Positions 8,238 to 18,490 of a stretch of 64,000 nucleotides of DNA are shown here, in pieces. Each line of letters begins with the position of its first letter. Within the stretch, counting starts at the first letter, position 1. The stretch is taken from contig CAZYNM010000001.1 in the NCBI GenBank assembly GCA_964648715.1, positions 80,040 to 144,039 on the forward strand, in the 5' to 3' direction. The position numbers were made by a program, and so were the translations under genes. Source of the stretch: an uncultured Pseudomonadales bacterium. Its GTDB lineage: Bacteria > Patescibacteriota > Microgenomatia > UBA1400 > PJMF01. The notes beneath the pieces are model-generated. The model had not been told where the DNA came from. It saw only the letters and a list, made by a program, of their open reading frames with translations, and ran no database searches.

Positions 8238-8897
8238 ATGCATGTTTATCCAGCAATTTTAAGTGATTCAGTTCATGAAGTTACAGGACAGATTGAGCAA
8301 GCGAGCCACTTGCCCGGGGTTAAGACAGTTCATATTGACGTCATTGATGGAGCATTTGTTGAGAATGTTACCGTTGCACCCCTCGATTTAGCAGATACTG
8401 CATTCACAGACCTCACGGTAGATTTTCACTTGATGGTCGAGGAACCAATAGATTATGTTCTTGAGCTCGCTCCCATCAAAGATACACTGCCTATTCGCGC
8501 AGTCATAGGACAGATTGAACGTATGTCGAGCCAACGGTTTTTTGTAGAAGAAGTGCGAAAACAGGGTTGGAAGTCATTTTTGGCATTGGACTTGTTTACT
8601 CCAGTTGAGGAAATAGATGAAGCTGCATGGACGTATCTTGATGGGGTATTGGTGCTTGCGGTAGAAGCTGGTCGTCAAGGACAGGTCTTTCACCCTGTGG
8701 CTCTTGATAAAGTGAAAGAATTACGCAGGTTGTCTGAGGCAGCACATATGCCTCTAGAGATTATTGTTGATGGTGGAGTAGATGACGGCGTATTAAAACA
8801 CATTCACCAGGCAGGAGCTGATGGTATCGCAGTGGGCAGTAGATTGTGGCGTCACGAACATCCAGAAACTTTTGTGCAAACAGCGGAACAGGTATAA
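8238..8897 (+). CDS. rpe: Ribulose-phosphate 3-epimerase
   Basis: HIDVIDG, DFHLMV, VDGG motifs. Confidence 0.88.
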   Translation: MHVYPAILSDSVHEVTGQIEQASHLPGVKTVHIDVIDGAFVENVTVAPLDLADTAFTDLTVDFHLMVEEPIDYVLELAPIKDTLPIRAVIGQIERMSSQRFFVEEVRKQGWKSFLALDLFTPVEEIDEAAWTYLDGVLVLAVEAGRQGQVFHPVALDKVKELRRLSEAAHMPLEIIVDGGVDDGVLKHIHQAGADGIAVGSRLWRHEHPETFVQTAEQV

Positions 8898-8909
8898 GAA
8901 AGGCAGTAC

Positions 8910-9536
8910 GTGAAAAAAAAGATTACCATACCCAGTGTTAAACGACACTGTACCATAGATAGAGTGGCCATTTTTGGTAGTGCAGATATTGATGAACGCC
9001 ATCCCCTCTATCAAGAGACATTTGTGATAGCTCGCCATTTGGCATACTTGGGAAAAATAGTAGTTGATGGTGGTGGCCCAGGTGTCATGGCTGCTGCAAC
9101 TCTTGGCGCACAGTCGGTGGGAGGTAAAACGATTGCGGTTACCTTTGATCCCACTGATATGCCCGAGTTTGAAGGGCAATATGCCGGCAACAAACCAGAC
9201 CTGGAGATACGAACTGCCAACTATGTGGAGCGTATGTTTGGACTTATGGATCAAGCGGAAGCCTACATCTGTGTCCAAGGTGGCACAGGTACACTCAGCG
9301 AGTGGGCAACAGCCTGGTTACTGGCACACTTACACCACGGCAATCACAAGCCACTTATTTTGTACGGTGCTTTTTGGAAAGATGTGATGCGTGTTATCAA
9401 TGAGAACTTTTTCATTGGAGAGAAAGAGAATGATGTGTATCGGATAGCTACTAATCTTGATGAACTTACAGAAGCATTTAATGCTTTTGAGGCAGAACTG
9501 CGTGAGCGTTGCAACTTGCCACCAGTCGCACCCTAG
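8910..9536 (+). CDS. LOG-family protein
   Basis: FGSA, GGGPGVM, GGTGTLSE motifs. Confidence 0.85.
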   Translation: MKKKITIPSVKRHCTIDRVAIFGSADIDERHPLYQETFVIARHLAYLGKIVVDGGGPGVMAAATLGAQSVGGKTIAVTFDPTDMPEFEGQYAGNKPDLEIRTANYVERMFGLMDQAEAYICVQGGTGTLSEWATAWLLAHLHHGNHKPLILYGAFWKDVMRVINENFFIGEKENDVYRIATNLDELTEAFNAFEAELRERCNLPPVAP

Positions 9537-9592
9537 CCGTTCAATCCGTTGCAGCCCTACCAGCTTTGTTCAAAATGCGTTACTATGAAAGT

Positions 9593-10537
9593 ATGCAGGA
9601 TATTATCACCATAGGTTCCGCTATTGTTGATATTTTTGTCACGTCTTCAGCCTTTGAGTTGCAACACACCGCTACTGGTACCAAGCTGTGTCAACTCTAT
9701 GGAGAAAAATTAGATGCAGAATCCTTTGAGCTCCATACAGGTGGGGGTGGCAGTAATACTGCTGTGGCGTTTGCCCGTGCGGGCTTTAGTGTGGCGGTAG
9801 TTACTGAGACCGGCAAAGATGTCTTTTCGCAACTTGTGCTTGAAGATCTGCATAAAGAATATGTCTCTACCAACTTTGTTGTGGAAGAACGCAAGGAACA
9901 GACTGGTGGATCAATTTTATTGGTAGGTAAAGATGGTGGTCGGACAGCACTTGTGCATCGAGGTGCTGCGGCACTGTTAGATCCTCAGGACATTCCACTT
10001 CGAGCTTTGAAACATTCACGGTGGATTCATTTATCAAGTATTGGTGGACGGTCTGCAACGCTCAAAATGATCGCAGAAGCCGTCAAATCACACAATCTAC
10101 ACTTGTCATGGAATCCGGGCAGACATGAACTGGAATTGCTTTTGAGTGGAGAGTTTGTGCTTGAAGATCGTGTCTGTCAGGTATTGTTCCTAAATCAAGA
10201 AGAATGGACACTGGTTGCACCACTCCAGGACTTAATCCGTCGCAGAGTGCCGGAAATTGTGGTGACCAAGGGAAGTGCTGGCGGTGTAGTGTATACAGAT
10301 ACATCTGTAGAAGGAACCTCATTTCCCAGCCGCAACATCGCATCCAAGGATGATACAGGGGCTGGAGATGCATTTGCAGCTGGCTATCTTATTGGTAAAT
10401 TGTCGGGGGTTTCTAGCGCACAAGCAGCTGATTGGGGGGTGAAAAATGCATCATCAGTTATCCAGTACTTTGGTGCTAAACCCGGACTTCTAACCAAGGA
10501 AAAACTTGCAGAAATAGAGAAAATAGGCACACCATGA
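9593..10537 (+). CDS. PfkB-family carbohydrate kinase
   Basis: GGGGSNTA and DDTGAGDAF; start taken at ATG 9593, 6 nt after TACTAT. Confidence 0.9.
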   Translation: MQDIITIGSAIVDIFVTSSAFELQHTATGTKLCQLYGEKLDAESFELHTGGGGSNTAVAFARAGFSVAVVTETGKDVFSQLVLEDLHKEYVSTNFVVEERKEQTGGSILLVGKDGGRTALVHRGAAALLDPQDIPLRALKHSRWIHLSSIGGRSATLKMIAEAVKSHNLHLSWNPGRHELELLLSGEFVLEDRVCQVLFLNQEEWTLVAPLQDLIRRRVPEIVVTKGSAGGVVYTDTSVEGTSFPSRNIASKDDTGAGDAFAAGYLIGKLSGVSSAQAADWGVKNASSVIQYFGAKPGLLTKEKLAEIEKIGTP

Positions 10538-11592
10538 GCGATTACAAACAAGTCCTCGAGCAAGAAATACAGGAACTCAAAAATAAGGTGAGTACTGCCG
10601 TTATTCCTGATGAAATGCGCAGCAAGGTAGACAAAGACATAGTTGCACTTGAACGGTCGGTGGCGCTGGGTAGTTACGACGAGAAATACGAAAAAGTATC
10701 TCGATACATTGAATGGGTTCTTAAAATTCCATGGGAAGTAGAAAGCTCAGATAATCTCGATATTCAGAAAGCGAAGGAAGTTTTTGATAAGCACCATTAC
10801 GGTATGTATGATGTGAAGAATCGCTTTTTGGAGTATATATCTGTCTTGAAGTTACGCAGCGACCAGTTTGGAACTGAAGATTTCCGTGCACCTGTTTTGC
10901 TCTTGGTGGGCTTGGTAGGTACGGGTAAAACGACATTTGCGTATTCGCTTGCTGAAGCATTGGAGCGCAAACTAGTGCGTATTCCCTTTGGTGGTATGGG
11001 TTCATCCGCAGAGCTACGAGGAAGTACTCGCTTGCATCTTGAAACCGAGCCAGGCAGAGTCATTAAAGGCATATGTGAAGCTGGTGCTCGTAATCCTATT
11101 TTTTTGCTTGATGAAATTGATCGTGTAGCCAAGGAAGCCAATAGAGATATCATGGGTGTGCTTGTTGAGTTGTTGGACCCAGCTCAGAATCATGCTTTCC
11201 GTGATGCATACGTGGACTATCCCATTGATTTGTCGCATGCTATTTTCCTTGCTACAGCCAATAATACCGCAGATATTGCTACCGCAGTCATGGATCGTAT
11301 GGAAAAAATAAGCATGCCGTCCTATACTGACCAAGAGAAGATTGTTATTGCTCAACAGTATGTGTTGCCTGACCTGCTCAAAAAAGCAGGTTTGCGACCG
11401 GAACAATTTAAAATGGATGATGACTTGTGGCCACTTATTGTCCGTCCACTAGGGTATGATATGGGAATTCGTACCCTCCAAAGAACACTAGAAGGTGCTG
11501 TACGAAAAGTAGCACGCATTATTGTTGAAAAGGGGTATCCTGAAGTTATTTTGACGAGAGAAAACCGTAAAATCTTCCTGCCCCAGTACTAA
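10534..11592 (+). CDS. LonA-like AAA+ ATPase lacking the N-domain and the protease domain
   Basis: RYIEWVLKIPW, HYG...VK.RFLE, Walker A GLVGTGKT, Walker B LLDEID, LLDP.QN..F.D.Y; no Ser-Lys protease domain. Confidence 0.85.
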   Translation: MSDYKQVLEQEIQELKNKVSTAVIPDEMRSKVDKDIVALERSVALGSYDEKYEKVSRYIEWVLKIPWEVESSDNLDIQKAKEVFDKHHYGMYDVKNRFLEYISVLKLRSDQFGTEDFRAPVLLLVGLVGTGKTTFAYSLAEALERKLVRIPFGGMGSSAELRGSTRLHLETEPGRVIKGICEAGARNPIFLLDEIDRVAKEANRDIMGVLVELLDPAQNHAFRDAYVDYPIDLSHAIFLATANNTADIATAVMDRMEKISMPSYTDQEKIVIAQQYVLPDLLKKAGLRPEQFKMDDDLWPLIVRPLGYDMGIRTLQRTLEGAVRKVARIIVEKGYPEVILTRENRKIFLPQY

Positions 11593-11600
11593 AGGAAGAC

Positions 11601-12401
11601 ATGAGTATACTTTTATTTATCATTCCGATGCTGGCTGTAGCCAGTGCTGTCTTGTTGTACCGCCATGACGGGAAAAAAGAGTTTCTTAAGTTCGATTTAG
11701 TCCAGTTCTCATACGCCTTTATCATTGCACCATTTCTCTTTATTTGGCTTAAGACGTTTGTATACTTTTTGCTCCGTACAGAGCTTGGTTCACGAGTTAC
11801 TGCGGGGGAGCTATTTGTTGCGGATACTGTTTTGAGTGTCTTATGTTTTTATATCTTCAGTTTCGTGGTCATTCACTCACTCACAGCAAGCTTTAATCGA
11901 AGGGTGATGAGTGATCCACTTCACGACTTGTTCGCGCACTCAGAATTCTTTCACTTGTGGTTAAGTCACTTGGTTATGTATGTTGGTGCCATGTTGTTGC
12001 TTACAGTAGTATCACTGGTAAATGTCTATCTTCCACTCAATATTGAACATATACGTAGTGGGTTACTCTTTTTATGTGCGGCGGGTATTGTGACAGGTAT
12101 TTTTTCCTTTTTATCACTGTTGCTCTCTGATCCCAAACAGGAGGGAGCTAACTTTACTAGACTCATCAAGCTTTTTTTTGGTTTCTTCTTTGTGGTCCAT
12201 GGTGTGGTCTATTTTTGGTTTACCCCCGATTTTAATTTGCAAAGGGGCCTCTATTGGTGGAGCTTTATGGTCTTCACTACGCTGGTAACCTGTTCACTCT
12301 TCTGGTATAAGTCTGAGCGAGCGCAAAGTTTTTTTGAAAAAATAAGTAGTAAATTACGCACAAAAAACTGGGGGATGAATATCCAGTTGTTTAAGGACTA
12401 G
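11601..12401 (+). CDS. Multi-pass membrane protein
   Basis: About 7 hydrophobic segments. Confidence 0.75.
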   Translation: MSILLFIIPMLAVASAVLLYRHDGKKEFLKFDLVQFSYAFIIAPFLFIWLKTFVYFLLRTELGSRVTAGELFVADTVLSVLCFYIFSFVVIHSLTASFNRRVMSDPLHDLFAHSEFFHLWLSHLVMYVGAMLLLTVVSLVNVYLPLNIEHIRSGLLFLCAAGIVTGIFSFLSLLLSDPKQEGANFTRLIKLFFGFFFVVHGVVYFWFTPDFNLQRGLYWWSFMVFTTLVTCSLFWYKSERAQSFFEKISSKLRTKNWGMNIQLFKD

Positions 12402-12402
12402 T

Positions 12403-14064
12403 ATGTCTACACTCAAAATGGTAGCACTTGGTGGTATGGGTAGTGTCACCCAAAATATGTTTGTCTACGAATATGAAGACGAGATTTTATTAGTAGATTG
12501 TGGGATTGGGTTTCCCGATTCCTATATGCCCGGGGTCGACGTCCTTATTCCAGATATTCGTTACTTGCTCAGTGAACTTGAACAAGGGAAACGAATTGTA
12601 GGTTTGGTGTTTAGTCACGGTCATGATGACCACATTGCTGCAGCACCGTATATTTTGCAGTATCTTCCCGAGTTTCCATTGTATGGTTCACCTCTCACTG
12701 CTCGCTTTGCAGAGGGGAGAATGAGCGATGGAGGCATTAACCGTGAAGTAAAGATGGTTACTACTTCAGAAGTTATTAAGATAAGTGAGTATTTTAGTTT
12801 CCAACTTATCCCCGTTACTCACTCTGTCCCTGACACTAGACATGTGGTGATCAGAACGCCAGAAGGAATTATTTATCATGGCAGCGACTTTAAGCTTGAT
12901 GCATCTCCAGTCGATGGCGTCAAAACTGATGAAGAAGCTATTCGCGCAATTGGTAATGAAGGTGTACTCTGCATGAATATAGATAGTTTACGGGTGGAGC
13001 GGACAGAAAAGACCCCAAGTGAAGCAGCAGTGGGTCCTATCCTTTTGCGCTTGATGAAGGGTACCACCGGTAAGCACATTGTTACTTTGATGAGTTCTCA
13101 CATTCACCGTATCCAGCAAGTTGTTGATGCAGCAGAGCAGCTGGGTCGTCGGGTGGTCTTTATTGGCCGATCGGTAGAACAAAACGTAAAAGCAGCAGTT
13201 GATCTCAAAAAACTGCACCTAAAGCCAGGTACCATGGTAGACAAAAAAGATATGGGTGACTACCCAGATTCAGAACTGTGTGTCATTGTGGCGGGAAGTC
13301 AGGGCCAAGAGGGATCGTCTCTAGTGCGAGCTGCATTTGGCGAGCATCCTGTGCTGCAAATAAAACCATCAGATACAGTGGTCTTTTCTGCCGACGTCAT
13401 CCCGGGGAATGAGTTAGGCTACTATGCTGCCATTGATGAACTCTTCAAAAATGGTGTGCATGTACTCTATCCAGATATTGAACCACAGATTCATAGTTCA
13501 GGACATGCCAGCCGGCCAGAACAATTTGAAGTGCTTAAGTGGGTTCACCCACGCTATGTTCTGCCTATTGGAGGTGCAGATCGTCATCGTTACCTCTTTA
13601 ATCAAGCAGTTGTTGAAGCACAGATTGTGGAGCCCGAGCAAGTGCTCCTTCCCAACTCTGGAGAGATTATTGGTTTCTCACAAGGTGCTGTACGCAGCGT
13701 TGATACGTTGACCCTTCAGCCACAGGTGGTTGATGGATTGGGTGTTGGTGATGTGGGGCCAGTGGTGTTATCTGACCGTCGAGCGCTCTCACAAGCGGGT
13801 ATGGTTGTGGTAGTTATACCTCGCAATCATCATGAGTACTTACTCAAAGAAATGACCGTGGTTTCCAGAGGTTTTATCTTTATGCGAGAAGCACAAGAGG
13901 TCATTGAGTTCATGAAGCAGACAGTCGCAGAAATTATCGCTGAACAAGGTGATGCACTGAAGGATGATGAACTGAAAAAAACGATTGAACGCAGACTGGC
14001 TCGTAAACTCTATAAAATTATCAAACGAGAGCCACTCATTGTAGCTGTCATACTAGATGTATAG
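12403..14064 (+). CDS. rnj: Ribonuclease J
   Basis: SHGHDDH, THSVPD, GSQG, HSSGHA, VDGLG.GDVG, SRGF motifs. Confidence 0.93.
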   Translation: MSTLKMVALGGMGSVTQNMFVYEYEDEILLVDCGIGFPDSYMPGVDVLIPDIRYLLSELEQGKRIVGLVFSHGHDDHIAAAPYILQYLPEFPLYGSPLTARFAEGRMSDGGINREVKMVTTSEVIKISEYFSFQLIPVTHSVPDTRHVVIRTPEGIIYHGSDFKLDASPVDGVKTDEEAIRAIGNEGVLCMNIDSLRVERTEKTPSEAAVGPILLRLMKGTTGKHIVTLMSSHIHRIQQVVDAAEQLGRRVVFIGRSVEQNVKAAVDLKKLHLKPGTMVDKKDMGDYPDSELCVIVAGSQGQEGSSLVRAAFGEHPVLQIKPSDTVVFSADVIPGNELGYYAAIDELFKNGVHVLYPDIEPQIHSSGHASRPEQFEVLKWVHPRYVLPIGGADRHRYLFNQAVVEAQIVEPEQVLLPNSGEIIGFSQGAVRSVDTLTLQPQVVDGLGVGDVGPVVLSDRRALSQAGMVVVVIPRNHHEYLLKEMTVVSRGFIFMREAQEVIEFMKQTVAEIIAEQGDALKDDELKKTIERRLARKLYKIIKREPLIVAVILDV

Positions 14065-14134
14065 GAGCATAGGCTTTTTTACCTCTTGCAGATGAGGGTA
14101 AAAATATGATATATCCTATAATGTTTATAAAAAT

Positions 14135-16303
14135 ATGCCGCGCAGAAAAAAGAATCCATTAGCTTTACACGTTCGCATGGAAACTATTCATTCTATTGTC
14201 GCACTGATTTTTATTGCACTTGGTGTACTGGTGATTGTGTCTTTTACGGGCCAAGGAATGTGGCTGCAAAGTGTAAACGCCTTCTTGTCACAGTATTTTG
14301 GCATCTCTACGTTATTGCTGCCTTTTGTGTGTATCGCGGCTGGGCTTGTTTTGTTCAGGACCAAATGGTCATGGTCTCAGCCCCATGTGCTGCTCGGGTC
14401 AGTATTCATTTTGTTTGGGGTGATGGGTCTTTTGAGAACTGGCTCAATTGGGGAGCAAACATTTGTTAATTTAAGCCAGCTTATTACACCCGTTGGGTCA
14501 GGAGTTGTGTTTGTGTCTGTGCTGTCTGCAGGAATACTAATTATGTCTCAGATGTCCATGGCAGAAGTGCTTGAATTTATTGCGAGTAAACAGCCGGAGT
14601 CCAAATCCGACCTGGAAGAGAAACATGAGGAAGAAAAAGATACCGATACACAATCATTCTTCAAACTGCCTTCGCTTTCCTTGCCTTTTGGTAAAAAGAA
14701 GGGGTTCGATATTAATACGGGTCAACAAGAAGAAGTTGAAGAAGAAGATGCGCCTCTTGCTGTCCCACAAGGCTCTTCACAGACATTGGATCTTAAAAAA
14801 CTTAGTTCTGCTCCGCATCCAAGTCAAGAACTTAAGGATGGTCTCACTCCTACCACTGCAAACATGATCTGGGAGTATCCACCACTGAGTCTATTAGATG
14901 AATCAGAAGGTGGTGAGGCAGATCGTGGTGATGTTAAGAAAAACGCTCAAACCATTGAGGGTACGCTTGACTCATTTGGCATTAAAGCAGAAGTTAAGGA
15001 AGTAAACTATGGCCCGTCAGTTACGCAGTATGCGCTTGAGATAGCTCGAGGGACGAAGCTGTCACGTATCACAGGTTTAGCAACAGATCTAGCATTGGCT
15101 TTGGCTGCTCCTACTGGACAGATACGTATTGAAGCGCCTATCGCAGGTCGAGCCTTGGTGGGTGTTGAAGTACCCAACTATTCTGCACAGTATGTTACGC
15201 TGCGCAAGCTCCTTTCATCTCCTATCATGAAAAAACATCCTTCCAAACTAGCTACAGCATTGGGTATTAATGTCTCTGGGCAGCCGGTAGTGATGGACAT
15301 TGCCAAGATGCCACACTTGCTTATAGCAGGTGCAACGGGTTCAGGTAAATCAGTTGCGATTAACACATTTATGTGTTCAATGCTGTTTCGAGCCAGTCCT
15401 AGTGAGGTTAAGCTCATACTTGTAGACCCCAAACGTGTCGAATTGACTGGGTATAACGACATTCCACACTTACTTACTCCCGTGATCGTTGAGACGAAAA
15501 AAGTCGTTTCAGCACTCAAATGGGCAACGGCCGAAATGGATTCGCGGTATAAACGGCTTGCTGAAGTCGGTGTTAAAAACATTACTGGGTATAATGAACT
15601 GGCTGGACACACTGCCATGCCCAGTATTGTCATCGTCATAGATGAGCTGGCAGATGTGATGTTATTTGCTCCTGCAGAAGTAGAAGAGTGTATCACTCGT
15701 ATTGCTCAAATGGCTCGTGCTGTTGGTATTCACTTGGTGTTGGCAACACAGCGTCCATCTGTTGATGTGTTGACGGGCTTAATCAAGGCGAATATTCCTG
15801 GACGTATTGCCTTTAACGTGTCTTCTATGATGGATTCTCGTGTTATTCTGGATACTCCAGGAGCTGAGAAACTGCTTGGACGAGGCGACATGCTTTTTAT
15901 TCCTCCTGATCAAGCTAAAGCACAACGCATACAAGGCACATACGTTTCAGACAAAGAAATAGGTAAACTTATACAATATATCAAGTCACAAGGTCACCAG
16001 CCACAATATGAAGATGAAATTACGACTAAATATAAGGCCAATGTAGCTGGGGGAGATCGTTCTGGAGATGGAGAAGACAAAGACCCATTATTCATAGAAG
16101 CTGCTCAATTTGTTGCAGCTGAAGGCAAGGGATCATCCTCACTCATCCAGCGTCGATTCTCTGTGGGATACAATAGAGCGGCCCGCATTCTTGATCAACT
16201 CTATGCTACTGGCATGGTGGGTCCAGCTGATGGGAGTAAGCCTCGAGAAGTGTATACTGCCAAAGTGATGGAGTTCTTACGCACCGCCGAGCAGAATGGC
16301 TAA
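14135..16303 (+). CDS. ftsK: DNA translocase FtsK/SpoIIIE
   Basis: N-terminal TMs, PHLLIAGATGSGKS, IDELAD, ATQRPS, gamma domain GYNRAAR. Confidence 0.96.
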   Translation: MPRRKKNPLALHVRMETIHSIVALIFIALGVLVIVSFTGQGMWLQSVNAFLSQYFGISTLLLPFVCIAAGLVLFRTKWSWSQPHVLLGSVFILFGVMGLLRTGSIGEQTFVNLSQLITPVGSGVVFVSVLSAGILIMSQMSMAEVLEFIASKQPESKSDLEEKHEEEKDTDTQSFFKLPSLSLPFGKKKGFDINTGQQEEVEEEDAPLAVPQGSSQTLDLKKLSSAPHPSQELKDGLTPTTANMIWEYPPLSLLDESEGGEADRGDVKKNAQTIEGTLDSFGIKAEVKEVNYGPSVTQYALEIARGTKLSRITGLATDLALALAAPTGQIRIEAPIAGRALVGVEVPNYSAQYVTLRKLLSSPIMKKHPSKLATALGINVSGQPVVMDIAKMPHLLIAGATGSGKSVAINTFMCSMLFRASPSEVKLILVDPKRVELTGYNDIPHLLTPVIVETKKVVSALKWATAEMDSRYKRLAEVGVKNITGYNELAGHTAMPSIVIVIDELADVMLFAPAEVEECITRIAQMARAVGIHLVLATQRPSVDVLTGLIKANIPGRIAFNVSSMMDSRVILDTPGAEKLLGRGDMLFIPPDQAKAQRIQGTYVSDKEIGKLIQYIKSQGHQPQYEDEITTKYKANVAGGDRSGDGEDKDPLFIEAAQFVAAEGKGSSSLIQRRFSVGYNRAARILDQLYATGMVGPADGSKPREVYTAKVMEFLRTAEQNG

Positions 16304-16352
16304 TCAGAGTAAACTATGCTACGATGAATAGTGTAGTATCCACAAGGATCCC

Positions 16353-17288
16353 ATGAACAAAAAACTTGTTTTTAGCGTACTTGCGCTCTCAATTGTAGCT
16401 GCACTACTAACCATTGCTCAAGGTTCTCCAATGATGAGAGATACTGATGCAGTCTCTGTGGCCTCAGAGCCGAGTATGGGAATGAAAGGCATGGCGATAG
16501 AAGGTGCACCAGCTCCAATGGGCTACAGCACTGAGCAATCACTACCAGTTATGGCCAAGGGTGGCATGATGATTGATTCCTATATGCCATACCCAGGAAA
16601 CAGTGGTGATGCTCTCACTGTTACCGATCGTGTTCAAGAAAAGTATGCTTATCAAGGTGTCGTAGTTCGAGATGTCCCAGCATACCTCAAAGAGATGAAA
16701 GCATATCTTACAACAGTGGGTGGTCGAGTGCTTTCTGCGTCTCAACAAACCTCTCGTGGTATGACCTATGGAACACTTTTGGCTAAGGTTCCAGTAGAAA
16801 GTTTTGACAAAGTCACTACAGAAACAACCGCTCGAGTAGAAAAAGTTGCTGACGAATCTATCAATGCTCAAGACGTAACGGGTCAGCAAGTTTCCCTTGA
16901 TGATCGCACTGAAGAACTGAAAAAATTAATTGTGGAAAAACAAACGCAAATAGCCGCAGCTCGAACTGATGCAGAGAAGAAACGCATCCAATATGAGCTT
17001 GATAGTTTGCAAAAGCAAGTGCAAATGTTGGAGAAGTCTCGCGCACAATTTCAGGAGAGAGTGCAGTTCGCCACTGTTAGCTTAACCGCAGCAGACACAG
17101 TACGTTTCTTTGACCCCACTGCAGATTTGTCACTGTGGGATGAGACCAAAGAAGCAATTCGTTCAATGGGCGGAGTATCTGCAGTGTTTGTTCGCTTTGC
17201 TATTTGGATTGTAGTGTATGCAGTTATCTGGCTTCCACTTCTTTTGGGTGCTCGCTTTGTGTGGAATCGGCTGTCCCACAAAGTCTAG
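16353..17288 (+). CDS. DUF4349-like membrane protein
   Basis: Signal/TM, KVP..F, DVT..coiled coil, C-terminal TM. Confidence 0.7.
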   Translation: MNKKLVFSVLALSIVAALLTIAQGSPMMRDTDAVSVASEPSMGMKGMAIEGAPAPMGYSTEQSLPVMAKGGMMIDSYMPYPGNSGDALTVTDRVQEKYAYQGVVVRDVPAYLKEMKAYLTTVGGRVLSASQQTSRGMTYGTLLAKVPVESFDKVTTETTARVEKVADESINAQDVTGQQVSLDDRTEELKKLIVEKQTQIAAARTDAEKKRIQYELDSLQKQVQMLEKSRAQFQERVQFATVSLTAADTVRFFDPTADLSLWDETKEAIRSMGGVSAVFVRFAIWIVVYAVIWLPLLLGARFVWNRLSHKV

Positions 17289-18033
17289 CACTGAGCTGAT
17301 ACATCTTTTGGAGGTGCAGCTGTTGTGATGGCTCGCTACTGTACAGTTGTGTTTGCTGTTTGCACTCTAGAGCTCTATTGTTTTTTGAAAAAACTGCATG
17401 GCATCTATTAATGATGCCTTGTTGTGGCTCAAGTATTTTAGTTGCTTGCCTGCAGCGAGCAGCAATGAGATTTGTCACAAAAGAAAAGTGAGTACACCCT
17501 ATTACCACAGCTTGTATATCTGCTGCATATGGCTTAATCATGCGGTCCAGCTCTTTTGTACACGCCGTACTATCCTGAATCTCAATGCATTTGACCAATT
17601 CAGTACTTCCCTCCAGAAAAAACGAAAGACTCGAACCAGTCAATTGTATAAGCTGGTGAAGGTAGGGACTTTGCACAGTATTTTTTGTTGCAAGCACTAA
17701 CACTTTACTGCCGGTGGGAAGGCTATCTGCAGCAACTTTAACTGGCGGAACCGTACCAATGATACTCAATGTGGGGAACAACTGACGTACATGTGAAATG
17801 CTTGTAACGGTAAGTGTATTACATGCAATCACTATATGATCGCATCCATGCTCTTGGGTTAGTTTTGTGATGAGATGTACGGCTCTTTCTTGTAAGATAG
17901 GTACTGGTTTCTCTGAGTAAGGAGCAAATGCATAATCAGCATAGTACACAAAACCTATGCCAGGAAAAGCATGCTCTAAAGCACGAAGTATAGAAATACC
18001 ACCACAACCTGAATCAAGTACACCTACCCTCAT
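17224..18033 (-). CDS. murI: Glutamate racemase
   Basis: DSG.GGISI, PY, IACNT, GCTHF motifs. Confidence 0.92.
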   Translation of the reverse strand: MRVGVLDSGCGGISILRALEHAFPGIGFVYYADYAFAPYSEKPVPILQERAVHLITKLTQEHGCDHIVIACNTLTVTSISHVRQLFPTLSIIGTVPPVKVAADSLPTGSKVLVLATKNTVQSPYLHQLIQLTGSSLSFFLEGSTELVKCIEIQDSTACTKELDRMIKPYAADIQAVVIGCTHFSFVTNLIAARCRQATKILEPQQGIINRCHAVFSKNNRALECKQQTQLYSSEPSQQLHLQKMYQLSARLCGTADSTQSEHPKEVEAR

Positions 18034-18076
18034 TTTGCCTTTCTCGAGTGACTATTGTATACTATCATGATCACGT

Positions 18077-18486
18077 GGGGATGTATTGCTTTGACGTGAT
18101 ATGTTCATTAACATCTGCAGATCGTCTTTGATTCACAAGACGTATAAAAAAGAATCAAACAATAGCTGTCACATCACGTTTCAGCAAAGTTCGCGAGAGT
18201 GTCACAGCATTTGCTGCTGACATTTTCGGAACTCCAAGTTACGCTCTTGTAGCATAACGAGGCATTCAGTAGGCTCTCGCACTGGTGGAGTATGCTGGGT
18301 GAAAACCAAAGCTAGTGTGACAGTGCATGCATAGCTTATCTGAATGCACATAAGACAACACGACGAGCAGTGGGGTGAAATAGTTTGCCTTTTTTGCTGA
18401 CACCTCAGCTATCGTAAAAAAAGCCTATATCTGTAGATGATGTTAGTGTACTGTCGCGGACAGGGGGTCATTCCCCCTCATCTCCA
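18077..18486 (+). ncRNA. ssrA: tmRNA
   Basis: Acceptor stem GGGGATG/CATCTCC with G3:U70, T-arm at the 3' end, internal tag ORF (~18168-18257) ending YALVA-stop. Confidence 0.9.
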
Positions 18487-18490
18487 CACA

